Part shown: positions 36,753 through 49,204 of the stretch, one piece after another
Position numbering within the stretch: the stretch's first letter is position 1
Layout: every line of letters begins with the position of its first letter
Origin: Eledone cirrhosa
Lineage: Eukaryota
Reading direction: 5' to 3'
Assembly: GCA_964016885.1 (NCBI GenBank)
Contig: OZ024752.1
Coordinates: forward strand, 8,060,001-8,124,000
Length of the DNA: 64,000 nucleotides
Notes under the pieces: model-generated
Database searches by the model: none
Told to the model about the DNA's origin: nothing
The model's input: only the letters and a program-made list of their open reading frames with translations
Translations under genes and position numbers: made by a program

Positions 36753-37475
36753 TGGTAGGGATATATAGTGTGATGGTGGTGGTGTCGGTAGGGATATATA
36801 GTGTGGTGGTGACAGGGATATATAGTGTGATGATGGTGGTGGTGGTAGGGATATATAGTGTGATGATGGTGGTGGTGGTAGGGATATATAGTGTGATGGT
36901 GGTGGTGGTAGGGATATATAGTGTGATGATGGTGGTAGTGGTAGGGATATACAGTGTGATGAGGGTGGTGGTGGTAGGGATATATAGTGTGATGAGGGTG
37001 GTGGTGGTAGGGATATAGTGTGATGAGGGTGGTGGTGGTAGGGATATATAGTGTGGTGATGGTTGTGGTGCTAGGCATATATAGTGTGATGATGGTGGTG
37101 GTGGTAGGGATATATAGTGTGGTGATGGTGGTAGTGGTAGGGATATACAGTGTGGTGATGGTGGTGGGGATATATAGTGTGATGATGGTGGTGGTGGTAG
37201 GGATATATAGTGTGGTGATGGTGGTGGTGGTAGGGATATATAGTGTGGTGATGGTGGTGGTGGTAGGGATATATAGTGTGATGATGGTGGTGGTAGGGAT
37301 ATATAGTGTGATGATGGTGGTGGTAGGGATATATAGTGTGATGATGGTGGTGGTAGGGATATATAGTGTGATGATGGTGGTGGTGGTAGGGATATATAGT
37401 GTGATGATGGTGGTAGGGATATATAGTGTGATGATGGTGGTAGGGATATATAGTGTGATGATGGTGGTGGTGATT
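36753..37475. repeat. 27-33-bp G-rich minisatellite
   Basis: GTAGGGATATATAGTGTGATGATG(GTG)n. Confidence 0.97.
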
Positions 37476-37671
37476 GTTGGGAGAAGTGACAGAAAACCAG
37501 TAAAATGGAGATGACACAAGACATAAGTGGAAGGATGCTGTACTGAAGAAGACTCATCTAACCAATACAGGCTTAAACAGATATGACAATGACAATGGTG
37601 ATAATGGTGGTGGTGGTGGTTTGACAAATGTATCATAAGCCATATAATTAATTATATGAAATACTTCTCTC

Positions 37672-40600
37672 CACACACTGTAAAGTGGTTGGTGGTAGGA
37701 AGGGTATCTAGCTGTAGAGATATCTCTCCACTGTAAAGTGGTTGGTGGTAGGAAGGGTATCTAGCTGTAGAGATATCTCTCTCTACTGTAAAGTGGTTGG
37801 TGGTAGGAAGGGTATCCAGCTGTAGAGATATCTCTCTCTACTGTAAAGTGGTTGGTGGTAGGAAGGGTATCTAGCTGTAGAGATATCTCTCCACTGTAAA
37901 GTGGTTGGTGGTAGGAAGGGTATCCAGCTGTAGAGATATCTCTCTCTACTGTAAAGTGGTTGGTGGTAGGAAGGGTATCTAGCTGTAGAGATATCTCTCT
38001 CTACTGTAAAGTGGTTGGTGGTAGGAAGGGTATCTAGCTGTAGAGATATCTCTCCACTGTAAAGTGGTTGGTGGTAGGAAGGGTATCCAGCTGTAGAGAT
38101 ATCTCTCTCTACTGTAAAGTGGTTGGTGGTAGGAAGGGTATCTAGCTGTAGAGATATCTCTCTCTACTGTAAAGTGGTTGGTGGTAGGAAGGGTATCCAG
38201 CTGTAGAGATATCTCTCTCTACTGTAGAGTGGTTGGTGGTAGGAAGGGTATCTAGCTGTAGAGATATCTCTCTCTACTGTAGAGTGGTTGGTGGTAGGAA
38301 GGGTATCTAGCTGTAGAGATATCTCTCTCTACTGTAGAGTGGTTGGTGGTAGGAAGGGTATCTAGCTGTAGAGATATCTCTCTCTACTGTAAAGTGGTTG
38401 GTGGTAGGAAGGGTATCCAGCTGTAGAGATATCTCTCTCTACTGTAAAGTGGTTGGTGGTAGGAAGGGTATCCAGCTGTAGAGATATCTCTCTACTGTAA
38501 AGTAGTTGGTGGTAGGAAGGGTATCTAGCTGTAGAGATATCTCTCTACTGTAAAGTGGTTGGTGGTAGGAAGGGTATCTAGCTGTAGAGATATCTCTCTC
38601 TACTGTAGAGTGGTTGGTGGTAGGAAGGGTATCTAGCTGTAGAGATATCTCTCTCCACTGTAAAGTGGTTGGTGGTAGGAAGGGTATCTAGCTGTAGAGA
38701 TATCTCTCTCCACTGTAAAGTGGTTGGTGGTAGGAAGGGTATCTAGCTGTAGAGATATCTCTCTCTACTGTAGAGTGGTTGGTGGTAGGAAGGGTATCTA
38801 GCTGTAGAGATATCTCTCTCTACTGTAGAGTGGTTGGTGGTAGGAAGGGTATCTAGCTGTAGAGATATCTCTCTCTACTGTAGAGTGGTTGGTGGTAGGA
38901 AGGGTATCTAGCTGTAGAGATATCTCTCTACTGTAAAGTGGTTGGTGGTAGGAAGGGTATCCAACTGTAGATATCTCTCTACTGTAGAGTGGTTGGTGGT
39001 AGGAAGGGTATCTAGCTGTAGAGATATCTCTCTCTACTGTAGAGTGGTTGGTGGTAGGAAGGGTATCTAGCTGTAGAGATATCTCTCTCTACTGTAAAGT
39101 GGTTGGTGGTAGGAAGGGTATCTAGCTGTAGAGATATCTCTCTCTACTGTAGAGTGGTTGGTGGTAGGAAGGGTATCTAGCTGTAGAGATATCTCTCTCT
39201 ACTGTAGAGTGGTTGGTGGTAGGAAGGGTATCTAGCTGTAGAGATATCTCTCTCTACTGTAAAGTGGTTGGTGGTAGGAAGGGTATCTAGCTGTAGAGAT
39301 ATCTCTCTCTACTGTAGAGTGGTTGGTGGTAGGAAGGGTATCTAGCTGTAGAGATATCTCTCTCTACTGTAGAGTGGTTGGTGGTAGGAAGGGTATCTAG
39401 CTGTAGAGATATCTCTCTCTACTGTAAAGTGGTTGGTGGTAGGAAGGGTATCTAGCTGTAGAGATATCTCTCTCCACTGTAGAGTGGTTGGTGGTAGGAA
39501 GGGTATCTAGCTGTAGAGATATCTCTCTCCACTGTAAAGTGGTTGGTGGTAGGAAGGGTATCTAGCTGTAGAGATATCTCTCTCTACTGTAGAGTGGTTG
39601 GTGGTAGGAAGGGTATCCAGCTGTAGAGATATCTCTCTCTACTGTAAAGTGGTTGGTGGTAGGAAGGGTATCTAGCTGTAGAGATATCTCTCTCCACTGT
39701 AAAGTGGTTGGTGGTAGGAAGGGTATCCAGCTGTAGAGATATCTCTCCACTGTAAAGTGGTTGGTGGTAGGAAGGGTATCTAGCTGTAGAGATATCTCTC
39801 TCTACTGTAGAGTGGTTGGTGGTAGGAAGGGTATCCAGCTGTAGAGATATCTCTCTCTACTGTAGAGTGGTTGGTGGTAGGAAGGGTATCCAGCTGTAGA
39901 GATATCTCTCTCTACTGTAAAGTGGTTGGTGGTAGGAAGGGTATCCAGCTGTAGAGATATCTCTCTCCACTGTAAAGTGGTTGGTGGTAGGAAGGGTATC
40001 CAGCTGTAGAGATATCTCTCCACTGTAAAGTGGTTGGTGGTAGGAAGGGTATCTAGCTGTAGAGATATCTCTCTCTACTGTAAAGTGGTTGGTGGTAGGA
40101 AGGGTATCCAGCTGTAGAGATATCTCTCTCCACTGTAAAGTGGTTGGTGGTAGGAAGGGTATCTAGCTGTAGAGATATCTCTCTCTACTGTAAAGTGGTT
40201 GGTGGTAGGAAGGGTATCCAGCTGTAGAGATATCTCTCCACTGTAAAGTGGTTGGTGGTAGGAAGGGTATCTAGCTGTAGAGATATCTCTCTCTACTGTA
40301 AAGTGGTTGGTGGTAGGAAGGGTATCCAGCTGTAGAGATATCTCTCTCTACTGTAAAGTGGTTGGTGGTAGGAAGGGTATCCAGCTGTAGAGATATCTCT
40401 CTCTACTGTAAAGTGGTTGGTGGTAGGAAGGGTATCCAGCTGTAGAGATATCTCTCTACTGTAGAGTGGTTGGTGGTAGGAAGGGTATCCAGCTGTAGAG
40501 ATATCTCTCTACTGTAGAGTGGTTGGTGGTAGGTAGGGTATCCAGCTGTAGAGATATCTCTCTCTACTGTAAAGTGGTTGGTGGTAGGAAGGGTATCCAG

Positions 40601-42575
40601 CTGTAGAGATATCTCTCTCTACTGTAGAGTGGTTGGTGGTAGGAAGGGTATCCAGCTGTAGAGATATCTCTCTACTGTAGAGTGGTTGGTGGTAGGAAGG
40701 GTATCCAGCTGTAGAGATATCTCTCTCTACTGTAGAGTGGTTGGTGGTAGGAAGGGTATCCAGCTGTAGAGATATCTCTCTCTACTGTAAAGTGGTTGGT
40801 GGTAGGAAGGGTATCCAGCTGTAGAGATATCTCTCTCTACTGTAGAGTGGTTGGTGGTAGGAAGGGTATCCAGCTGTAGAGATATCTCTCTACTGTAGAG
40901 TGGTTGGTGGTAGGAAGGGTATCCAGCTGTAGAGATATCTCTCTCTACTGTAAAGTGGTTGGTGGTAGGAAGGGTATCCAGCTGTAGAGATATCTCTCTC
41001 TACTGTAGAGTGGTTGGTGGTAGGAAGGGTATCCAGCTGTAGAGATATCTCTCTACTGTAGAGTGGTTGGTGGTAGGAAGGGTATCCAGCTGTAGAGATA
41101 TCTCTCTCTACTGTAGAGTGGTTGGTGGTAGGAAGGGTATCCAGCTGTAGAGATATCTCTCTCTACTGTAGAGTGGTTGGTGGTAGGAAGGGTATCCAGC
41201 TGTAGAGATATCTCTCTACTGTAGAGTGGTTGGTGGTAGGAAGGGTATCTAGCTGTAGAGATATCTCTCTCCACTGTAAAGTGGTTGGTGGTAGGAAGGG
41301 TATCTAGCTGTAGAGATATCTCTCTCTACTGTAAAGTGGTTGGTGGTAGGAAGGGTATCTAGCTGTAGAGATATCTCTCTCTACTGTAAAGTGGTTGGTG
41401 GTAGGAAGGGTATCTAGCTGTAGAGATATCTCTCTCTACTGTAGAGTGGTTGGTGGTAGGAAGGGTATCTAGCTGTAGAGATATCTCTCTACTGTAAAGT
41501 GGTTGGTGGTAGGAAGGGTATCCAGCTGTAGAGATATCTCTCTCCACTGTAAAGTGGTTGGTGGTAGGAAGGGTATCTAGCTGTAGAGATATCTCTCTCT
41601 ACTGTAAAGTGGTTGGTGGTAGGAAGGGTATCCAGCTGTAGAGATATCTCTCTCCACTGTAAAGTGGTTGGTGGTAGGAAGGGTATCCAGCTGTAGAGAT
41701 ATCTCTCTCCACTGTAAAGTGGTTGGTGGTAGGAAGGGTATCTAGCTGTAGAGATATCTCTCTCTACTGTAGAGTGGTTGGTGGTAGGAAGGGTATCTAG
41801 CTGTAGAGATATCTCTCTCTACTGTAGAGTGGTTGGTGGTAGGAAGGGTATCCAGCTGTAGAGATATCTCTCTCTACTGTAGAGTGGTTGGTGGTAGGAA
41901 GGGTATCCAGCTGTAGAGATATCTCTCTCTACTGTAAAGTGGTTGGTGGTAGGAAGGGTATCCAGCTGTAGAGATATCTCTCTCCACTGTAAAGTGGTTG
42001 GTGGTAGGAAGGGTATCCAGCTGTAGAGATATCTCTCTCTACTGTAAAGTGGTTGGTGGTAGGAAGGGTATCCAGCTGTAGAGATATCTCTCTCCACTGT
42101 AAAGTGGTTGGTGGTAGGAAGGGTATCCAGCTGTAGAGATATCTCTCTCTACTGTAGAGTGGTTGGTGGTAGGAAGGGTATCCAGCTGTAGAGATATCTC
42201 TCTCCACTGTAAAGTGGTTGGTGGTAGGAAGGGTATCTAGCTGTAGAGATATCTCTCTCCACTGTAAAGTGGTTGGTGGTAGGAAGGGTATCCAGCTGTA
42301 GAGATATCTCTCTCTACTGTAGAGTGGTTGGTGGTAGGAAGGGTATCCAGCTGTAGAGATATCTCTCTCCACTGTAAAGTGGTTGGTGGTAGGAAGGGTA
42401 TCTAGCTGTAGAGATATCTCTCTCTACTGTAAAGTGGTTGGTGGTAGGAAGGGTATCTAGCTGTAGAGATATCTCTCTCTACTGTAGAGTGGTTGGTGGT
42501 AGGAAGGGTATCCAGCTGTAGAGATATCTCTCTCTACTGTAGAGTGGTTGGTGGTAGGAAGGGTATCCAGCTGTA
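37672..42575. repeat. 51-55-bp satellite, about 90 copies, derived from the SINE C core
   Basis: CTGTAAAGTGGTTGGTGGTAGGAAGGGTATCCAGCTGTAGAGATATCT(CT)nA; first 41 bp match SINE core at 30168-30211. Confidence 0.99.
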
Positions 42576-43129
42576 TAAAGCTTGTCAAACCAAGGGTTGG
42601 AAGGACTCTTTATATTGTGTCAAAGACATAACAACCTTCCTAGTGATAAACAGACCCAGCAATTGTCACTGGCCATTGTCTGTAGCTCCAATACCACCAC
42701 ACCCTAGACCCAATCACCCTCCCCTTCTCATTGGAGCCCTTGCCTTTCCCTTCCGTTTTATATATTTTCTTATTTTACATTCCATTCTTTCTTCACATCT
42801 AAAATATATGTTTTTCTTTTTCTATTAAATTGTTTTTCCTATAATAAACATCAATTTACTACTGTAAATAAATGTCATACTTTGAAGTAGCTGGAGATAG
42901 TAACCCATAGAAAACCTGCCAAAAAAGGGGGTGAGGGCCTATTCAGTAGTGTCAATGACAAGACAACCTCTCTATTAGTAAAAATACTATCAATATTTGA
43001 ATTAACAAACCTGTTTTTAGAGATTTTCTGCTAAATCATTGCAGTTTCAGGTTACAACACTTGTATGTTGTTTAATACCCTTTTTTTGTTATGCCATATA
43101 CATGTCACATGTCACACCAGTAGATGGGT

Positions 43130-43403
43130 TCTAAGTCTAAAGTTGTCTTAAGCCAGAAGGCTCGTTAGGTCGGTACTTATCCTGGTTTCATGGCGTGAAG
43201 TGACTGAGAATACAATGACACCAGTCCATCGCAGAGTTAAACCCCCCAGTTATTGCTGGTACTCATTATCAGCTGAGTATACTGGAGCAACATGAAATGA
43301 AGTGTTTTACTGAAGGACACAACACAACCCAGCCCAGGAATCAAACCCACAATATTATGATTGTAAGTTCAACACCCTTACCACTAGGCCACGCACCTCC
43401 ACA
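43130..43403 (-). mobile_element. SINE family B-related copy
   Basis: Minus strand GGAGGTGCGTGGCCTAGTGGTAAGGG head, GGTTTGATTCC B box, GCTCCAGTATACTCAGCTGATAATGAGTACC. Confidence 0.85.
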
Positions 43404-43890
43404 GGAATAGATCTCCCATTTTAGATACATGTACAATGTACCTTATAATTTGTAGGTCCGGTGGCTTTTCCTGTATTTTCATGGGAAAAGGTGTGATATA
43501 TACATGGTTGTTACACCTGATTGCTAAGAAGTATAAAAAATAGCAACAAAATTCTCTACAACAACCTCCGCATCATGTCTCAGTCTCCACATCATGTCTC
43601 AGGATGGAGAAAGTTATGAGCACTGCTTGTCTCACTTGATGACTAACAAATAATTATAATGATTCAAACCTGAGACACCTTCAACAAACAACTTTACATC
43701 TCCTTAAAGGAAAATGTGTATCAACTTGGTCAAAAACTTATAAAAAGGAAAATGATCAGATAAGCAGTCCCAATATAATGTCATTTATATTACGATACAC
43801 TTTCTCAAAAATATGTCAGGCGTGACTGTGTAGTTAAAGTAGCTAAAGTGTTCATGTTCAACGATAGAGTTTCAGTGCAAGGAATCCCAT

Positions 43891-43892
<2 letters not shown>

Positions 43893-43976
<84 letters not shown>

Positions 43977-43982
43977 GCGTGC
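43893..43982. repeat. (GT)n microsatellite
   Basis: About 40 GT units. Confidence 0.99.
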
Positions 43983-44631
43983 TTACTGATTGTTTGTTTC
44001 GTAACCAAGCAAGTTGACAAAGAGGTCAATAAAATAAATACTGTGGTTGATATCAACAACTAAATCACTTCAAGGCAGCAGTGCTCCAGCATGGCCACAG
44101 TCCAACAACTAGACAAGTAAACAAATATAAATACAATCTGATTGCTATTCACCACGTACCTAAAACTCTTTCCTTCTTCAATGGAGTAGCTTATTCATTA
44201 ACATAAATTCTCATTTTCATTTTATGTCCATCACTTCATTAAGTTTGAAACTAATGAAGTATTTGGAAGAATTCACTGGACTAACCGTTTCATTATTAAG
44301 TTGGCGTTTAGAACATAATTTAATAAAAGGTTCTTGTATAAAATTATGATGGATAGCTTTATTGTAAATATGAGTTATCATTTTCCATCCATTGTCTCTC
44401 GTTTTGCAGTGATTGGATGTAGTATGTAGCTTATTTTCATGGACATTAGGCAATTGAGAATACAGTCTGACACGGGGTCAACATGCCCTGGAACCCATTT
44501 TCAACTGAGTGAACTGGAGCAACGTGCGGTGTCTTGCTCAAAGACATACACTGGAGCTGGGATTCAAACCTACAATCATGATCATAACATCTTAACCACT
44601 TGGCCACATATCTTCACAATGTAAAATACTT

Positions 44632-45000
44632 AAAACCCTTTTTCATATCTGCTTGAAACTGCTCCTGATTTTAGGATACAGAACTATTTTACAAAACTGT
44701 TTTTAAGTGTTCAGGTTTATCTAAAAATCTTCCATCATAATTTTATGTTAAAACCTTTAAGTTATGTGCCAAATACTAGTGTAACCCTTTCATTACAAAT
44801 CCTGATAGGAGGTCTTCAGATAAATTCAGATACATTAAAATAAAGTTTCATATCATAGAACTAAGCGCAGTCTCAGGTGACTTGGTATCAAAAAGGTTAA
44901 TAAGAAAGTTTATATTACTCCAAATTATTGATTATTTTCAAAATCATCAGAAAATCATAAGCAGTATGTTTCAGTAGAAACATGGTAATGAAAGGGTTAA
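44632..45000. mobile_element. TTAA-type MITE family B with a nested shorter copy (about 44782-44900)
   Basis: Ends AACCCTTTTTCATA / GGTAATGAAAGGGTTAA; inner TAACCCTTTCATTAC / GGTATCAAAAAGGTTAA; shares CTTCCATCATAATTTTATG with 2870, 29290, 30630, 36180, 49980 and 52925. Confidence 0.65.
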
Positions 45001-45544
45001 AATAGGCAGATTTCTATCAAAGAACCAGAAGATTACTGTGAAAAATGGTTAAACATAGCCTACGAATTGCTCTATAACAAACCACTGAATCATCCTGGAG
45101 ATAACAACCTCAATTACTTTCAATATGTTCAAGAAACTGAGAATTCTTTTAACAACCTGCAATCACTGAATCACTGGAAAATTTAGAATTATACAAATGA
45201 AGAGAATGTAAAATCCCTCTAATTTCTAATTGTCAACAACAACTAAGTGATTTCTTTTGCAATTTTCTTTCTGAACAAATGTAATTTGTACGAGATGATA
45301 TTTTTGAGATCTATAAATACCATCATTGTGATTTTTACATGTTTCCATGGCAGTATGGGTTGGACAGGTCATCAGGTCTGAGTTAGTTCTCATTTAGAGC
45401 TACTGCCCTCATAGATGGCTTGAAGGAGCACATCTTGCTTGTACATGCCATTTTTGGCATGGCTTCTGTAAGTGAATACATTTCCTAACACCAAATAATT
45501 GTATTACATAAGAATACTCCCTCCACAATACTAATCTCAAGCAG

Positions 45545-45980
45545 TCTTCTTGTGAACGTGACCTGGGCATTACTGTCAGCAGTGATTAGCGTTGGACAAA
45601 GCACATCTCTAAAATTGTCAAGAAGGCCAAGGGTGTCTTGGCATCGCTCAGTAAGACCTCTGTCGGCAGCTCTCCAGCTATCTATTTAACTCTTTAATGT
45701 TCAAACCGGCCAAAACTCTCTACCTCTTTCTGTTGAAACTGGCTGTAACTGGTTGCTCAAACTGATGCTAAGGTAGTGTTCTCAAAATAAATACTTTCAA
45801 GATCTCATAGATTCGATATTATGTGAGGTAAAGCCTTTACCATGAAAATATAATAGTATATATAGAGTAATGTTAATGCTAAAGGGTTAAAGTTGTATAT
45901 AGCTATGGTGCGGCCACACTTAGAATTTGCATCACCAGTCTGGAACCCCATATCTTGCTCAGAATATTGACCTCCTGGAA
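45545..45980 (+). mobile_element. CR1-group LINE reverse-transcriptase relic split by a MITE
   Basis: After removing the MITE: ERDLGITVSSD*RWTKHISKIVKKAKGVLASLSKT..IYLKLYIAMVRPHLEFASPVWNP. Confidence 0.88.
45686..45890 (+). mobile_element. MITE family A with demonstrable TTAA target duplication
   Basis: TTAA at 45686-45689 and 45887-45890; removal restores the LINE reading frame. Confidence 0.92.
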
Positions 45981-46191
45981 ACATTTAAACCGGCTGTATC
46001 TAGCCAGAATTCTCTCATCCCTTTCTGTTCAAACCAGCCGTAACTGGCTGCTCATACATACATTAAGGTATTGTTCTCAAAATAAATAATATCAAAATCT
46101 CATAGATTTGATATGTGAGACAGTTACGTAAGACCCTTTGCTGTGAAACTACAATAGTAAATATAGAGTAATGAAAATGGTAAAGGGTTAA
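45980..46191 (+). mobile_element. MITE family A
   Basis: CATTTAAACCGGCTG...AAATGGTAAAGGGTTAA. Confidence 0.88.
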
Positions 46192-46619
46192 ACTATACTT
46201 AACACTTAACATTGTGTATCACATGGAACTACAGACATTATAACTGCATCAGATTAAATATTTAAGTCTTTATTCTGATACTGCAAATGTTCACAACAAT
46301 CTGTTCATTAGTAAAGACACTATAATCATTTGCATTAAACATTTTTTTAAATGTTGTAGTTTGCTTGAAGCATTACAATATAATATATAATGTTGAAAGA
46401 GATAGAAGGCTAAACAACGCAAAATGGACTGTAAGATGAAGTAACAATGTTTTTTGGTTCTTTTTTCTGTCCAATATTTTGGGACCTAAATGTCCCTTCT
46501 TCAGGGTTTAAGAATATTTTACTGCTAAATAATTAGTTATGGGTTAATATTTCTTTTGCATTTGTGTTTTTTGAAGAAGAAAAAATAATAACATATAGCT
46601 CTTATATAATGATTATACT

Positions 46620-47030
46620 ACTATAGGCACAAAGCCAGCAATTTAGGGGGAGAGGAAAGTCGAGTAACACTTTAGCATTTAAACCGACCATATCCAGCCA
46701 GAATTCTCTCACCTCTTTCTGTTCAAACCAACCATAACTGGCTTCTCGTACTGATGTTAAGATATTGTTCTCAAAATAAACAATAACATCAAAATCTCAG
46801 AGCTTCGATATTATGTAAGGTAAAGCCTTTATCACGAAAATACAACAGTAGATATAGAATAATGTAAATGCTAAAGGGTTGAATGAATCGCAGTGTATTA
46901 CTGGTACTTTATTTTATCGATTCCGTAAGCAAAGCTAACCTATGTCAAGGCAGGATTTGAACTCAGATTGCAAAGGGACATAACTATTCTACAAAGCATA
47001 GAGTCCGACACTACCAATACTGCCAATCAA
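46620..47030 (-). mobile_element. SINE family A variant split by MITE family A (about 46666-46882, +)
   Basis: GGCACAAAGCCAGCAATT left of the MITE; CTGGTACTTTATTTTATCG..GGATTTGAACTCAG..AATACTGCCAATC right of it. Confidence 0.8.
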
Positions 47031-47109
47031 TAAACAATTAATAAATGAATAAAAGATGGAAGTTTATATCAACCTAGCAGGAAAAACAGATGGATGATGA
47101 TGATGATAA

Positions 47110-47275
47110 TAATGTGTCTACTTTTGGCACGAGGCCAGCAATTACCCCAGTGCATTACTGGTACTTTATTTTATCTACCCCATAAGGATGAAAGGCAAAG
47201 TTAACTTCAGCAGGATTTGAACCCAGAACGTAAAGGGCCATAACTATGCTGTAAAGCATGGTGTCTGGGGCTCTG
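47110..47275 (-). mobile_element. SINE family A
   Basis: TCTACTTTTGGCACGAGGCCAGC..GGATGAAAGGCAAAGTTAAC..GGATTTGAACCC. Confidence 0.88.
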
Positions 47276-47625
47276 ATGATGACAATGATGATGATGATGA
47301 TACATGTAAACACAACAAATTGTAAGATGAGCTATTAAAGGATCAGGGAGTTTGAGGTGAAAAACTTTACAGCAAGATTTTACTTCTGGTAATAAGATTA
47401 TTTCTAAAATCATCTTTTATACAGTAATTACTGGTGAACTTTCTAAGTGCAGATTACATTAAACTGCACGCATGTACTGGTATTTGCATTGATATCTGCA
47501 ACATGTGTTTGCCACTATGCAAGCCAATTAATTTATAATAGGTGTCAGCACACATAACAACTGTTGTACTTCTATATAGCTACCATGCAGTTAGAATTAT
47601 ATTTAGATATAATTATTTATTGGTA

Positions 47626-48181
47626 CTAGCAGAAATACCACCCTACAGGTGGTCTTCTGCTGGCATGTGTAGTGTGCATATTGATATTAAACACAAATAT
47701 ATATGCATGTAGGTATGATATGTCAAATAAAATCGTAATTGACAATATGCACAGAAATTGAAGAGAGACTGTGTTACACTGTCTTATGTAATCAGTAAAG
47801 TCATCCATGATACATTTAAAAAAGACAATATTATATATAAACTGCATTACGGTGAAATTTTATGAAAACGAAAAAGGAGAAAATTAGTGACGGAAATATA
47901 AACCTTATATAATAATGCAAGTATATAAATGTTTATATAAGCGATGTGATATAGCGTCCCTTATATCATATCCGGAAGTATTGACATTTGAAAATTTTAA
48001 AAGAAATGAATCTTGAAATAAGCAATAAAATTATTTATATTTATTCAAGAGTTACAAAATTTAGTACATAAATTATGTAATATTCATTCATTATTTATTC
48101 AAAGTAATCCAACTTATTTTACTAACGAGATAAAAAAATATAAAACGGACACAGTCCCGCACTCCTTACTTTATATTATGA
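47626..48181 (-). mobile_element. Non-autonomous Helitron (family H1), with terminal hairpin
   Basis: A^TCATAATATAAAG start, ACCACC-TGTAG-GGTGGT hairpin, CTAG^T end. Confidence 0.85.
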
Positions 48182-48713
48182 TTAAGAACACAATAAAACA
48201 AGGAATATATCAGATGTGAAATAATTGAGATTTATAGAGAATATATTCCTATTTCTAACCACAATAAAAAATATATATACAAAGTTTCCCCCAAAAATAT
48301 ATACACACTTCAACAGCATTCTAATAATAATGTACATACATTTTTGGGGGGACACCCTGTATATACAGCAGTAAAATGGGGGTGAGGTGTCTTATATTTG
48401 GGGTCAACATTTTGGCAATTTTCACCAAGTTCAAATCCTCCATAAATAAGGTGCTAAAATATCTGGAGTGATTATTCCACATGAAACTATTTCTACATTT
48501 ACTATATCGTTATGAGTTTTATTGATGCGTTAAGAACATTGCCACAAAGTTTTATTATTTGAATGTTTTAATACATAAATATCCCCTACATATAAATGCA
48601 TACATAAACACATGTGCACCGACTGTTTTTCTCTGTGACTTACATAATCATACTTTTTTTCCCATCTTGTTTTATTTTGCTCTCTCGCTTGCTGTAAAAT
48701 AATCTACCTAATA

Positions 48714-48913
48714 ATCTACATTACTCTCTACATATACTATTGCGTTTTTGTAGTAAAGGCTTTATCTCACATAATATCAAAATCTATGAGATTTTGATAT
48801 TTATTTTGAGAAGACCTTAACATCAGTATGAGCCGCTGGTTACATCCGGTTTGAAGAGAAAGAGGTGAGAGAATTCTGGCCAGATATGGCCGGTTTAAAT
48901 ACTAAACGGTTAA
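48714..48913 (-). mobile_element. MITE family A
   Basis: TACATTACTCT...GGCCGGTTTAAATACTAAACGGTTAA. Confidence 0.85.
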
Positions 48914-49092
48914 AGTTTTAAAACTTGTATGATGTTAAATTGATTCCATGTTTTTCACAATACACATTTCATTTGATGTGCATATCAAATAAAAAGTTGT
49001 TAAATTCAGAAGATGGTGCCATTGTTTGCTTTAGTGTGTGTGTAGCCGAAAGTAACCAAAAATTCGAGAAGCTTGAAGTTTTATAAAATGGA

Positions 49093-49204
49093 TATAAACT
49101 CGCATATCTGATGAGATGTCGAAAAAGAGTTGGGCCATGTCACCTTGATTGTACGCTGAGCTGATCGATATTGAAACTATTGTAATATGCAAATAAAGTT
49201 TGTA
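49093..49204 (+). ncRNA. Type I hammerhead ribozyme motif
   Basis: Stem I GCATAT/ATATGC (plus TATAAACT/AGTTTGTA), core CTGATGA 49108-49114, stem II GATGTCGA/TCGATATT, GAAA 49173-49176, stem III AC-TATT-GT, GUA cleavage triplet 49182-49184. Confidence 0.75.

Noticed and set aside
32782-37636. YI/CV-rich and His/Thr/Val-rich ORFs
   Set aside because: Microsatellite and minisatellite translations
37672-42575. CRISPR-like regular repeats with palindromes (also 7993-11535, 57435-60577)
   Set aside because: No unique spacers, no cas genes, eukaryotic context
45001-45186. ATG-less open frame of about 60 codons, with an exon-like segment on the opposite strand
   Set aside because: No recognisable motif and weak splice signals; compatible with chance
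46461-46510. Minus-strand CTGAAGA-AGGGAC..GTCCC-AAAA hammerhead-like motif
   Set aside because: GAAA core is AAAA and stem I cannot form; at most a decayed copy
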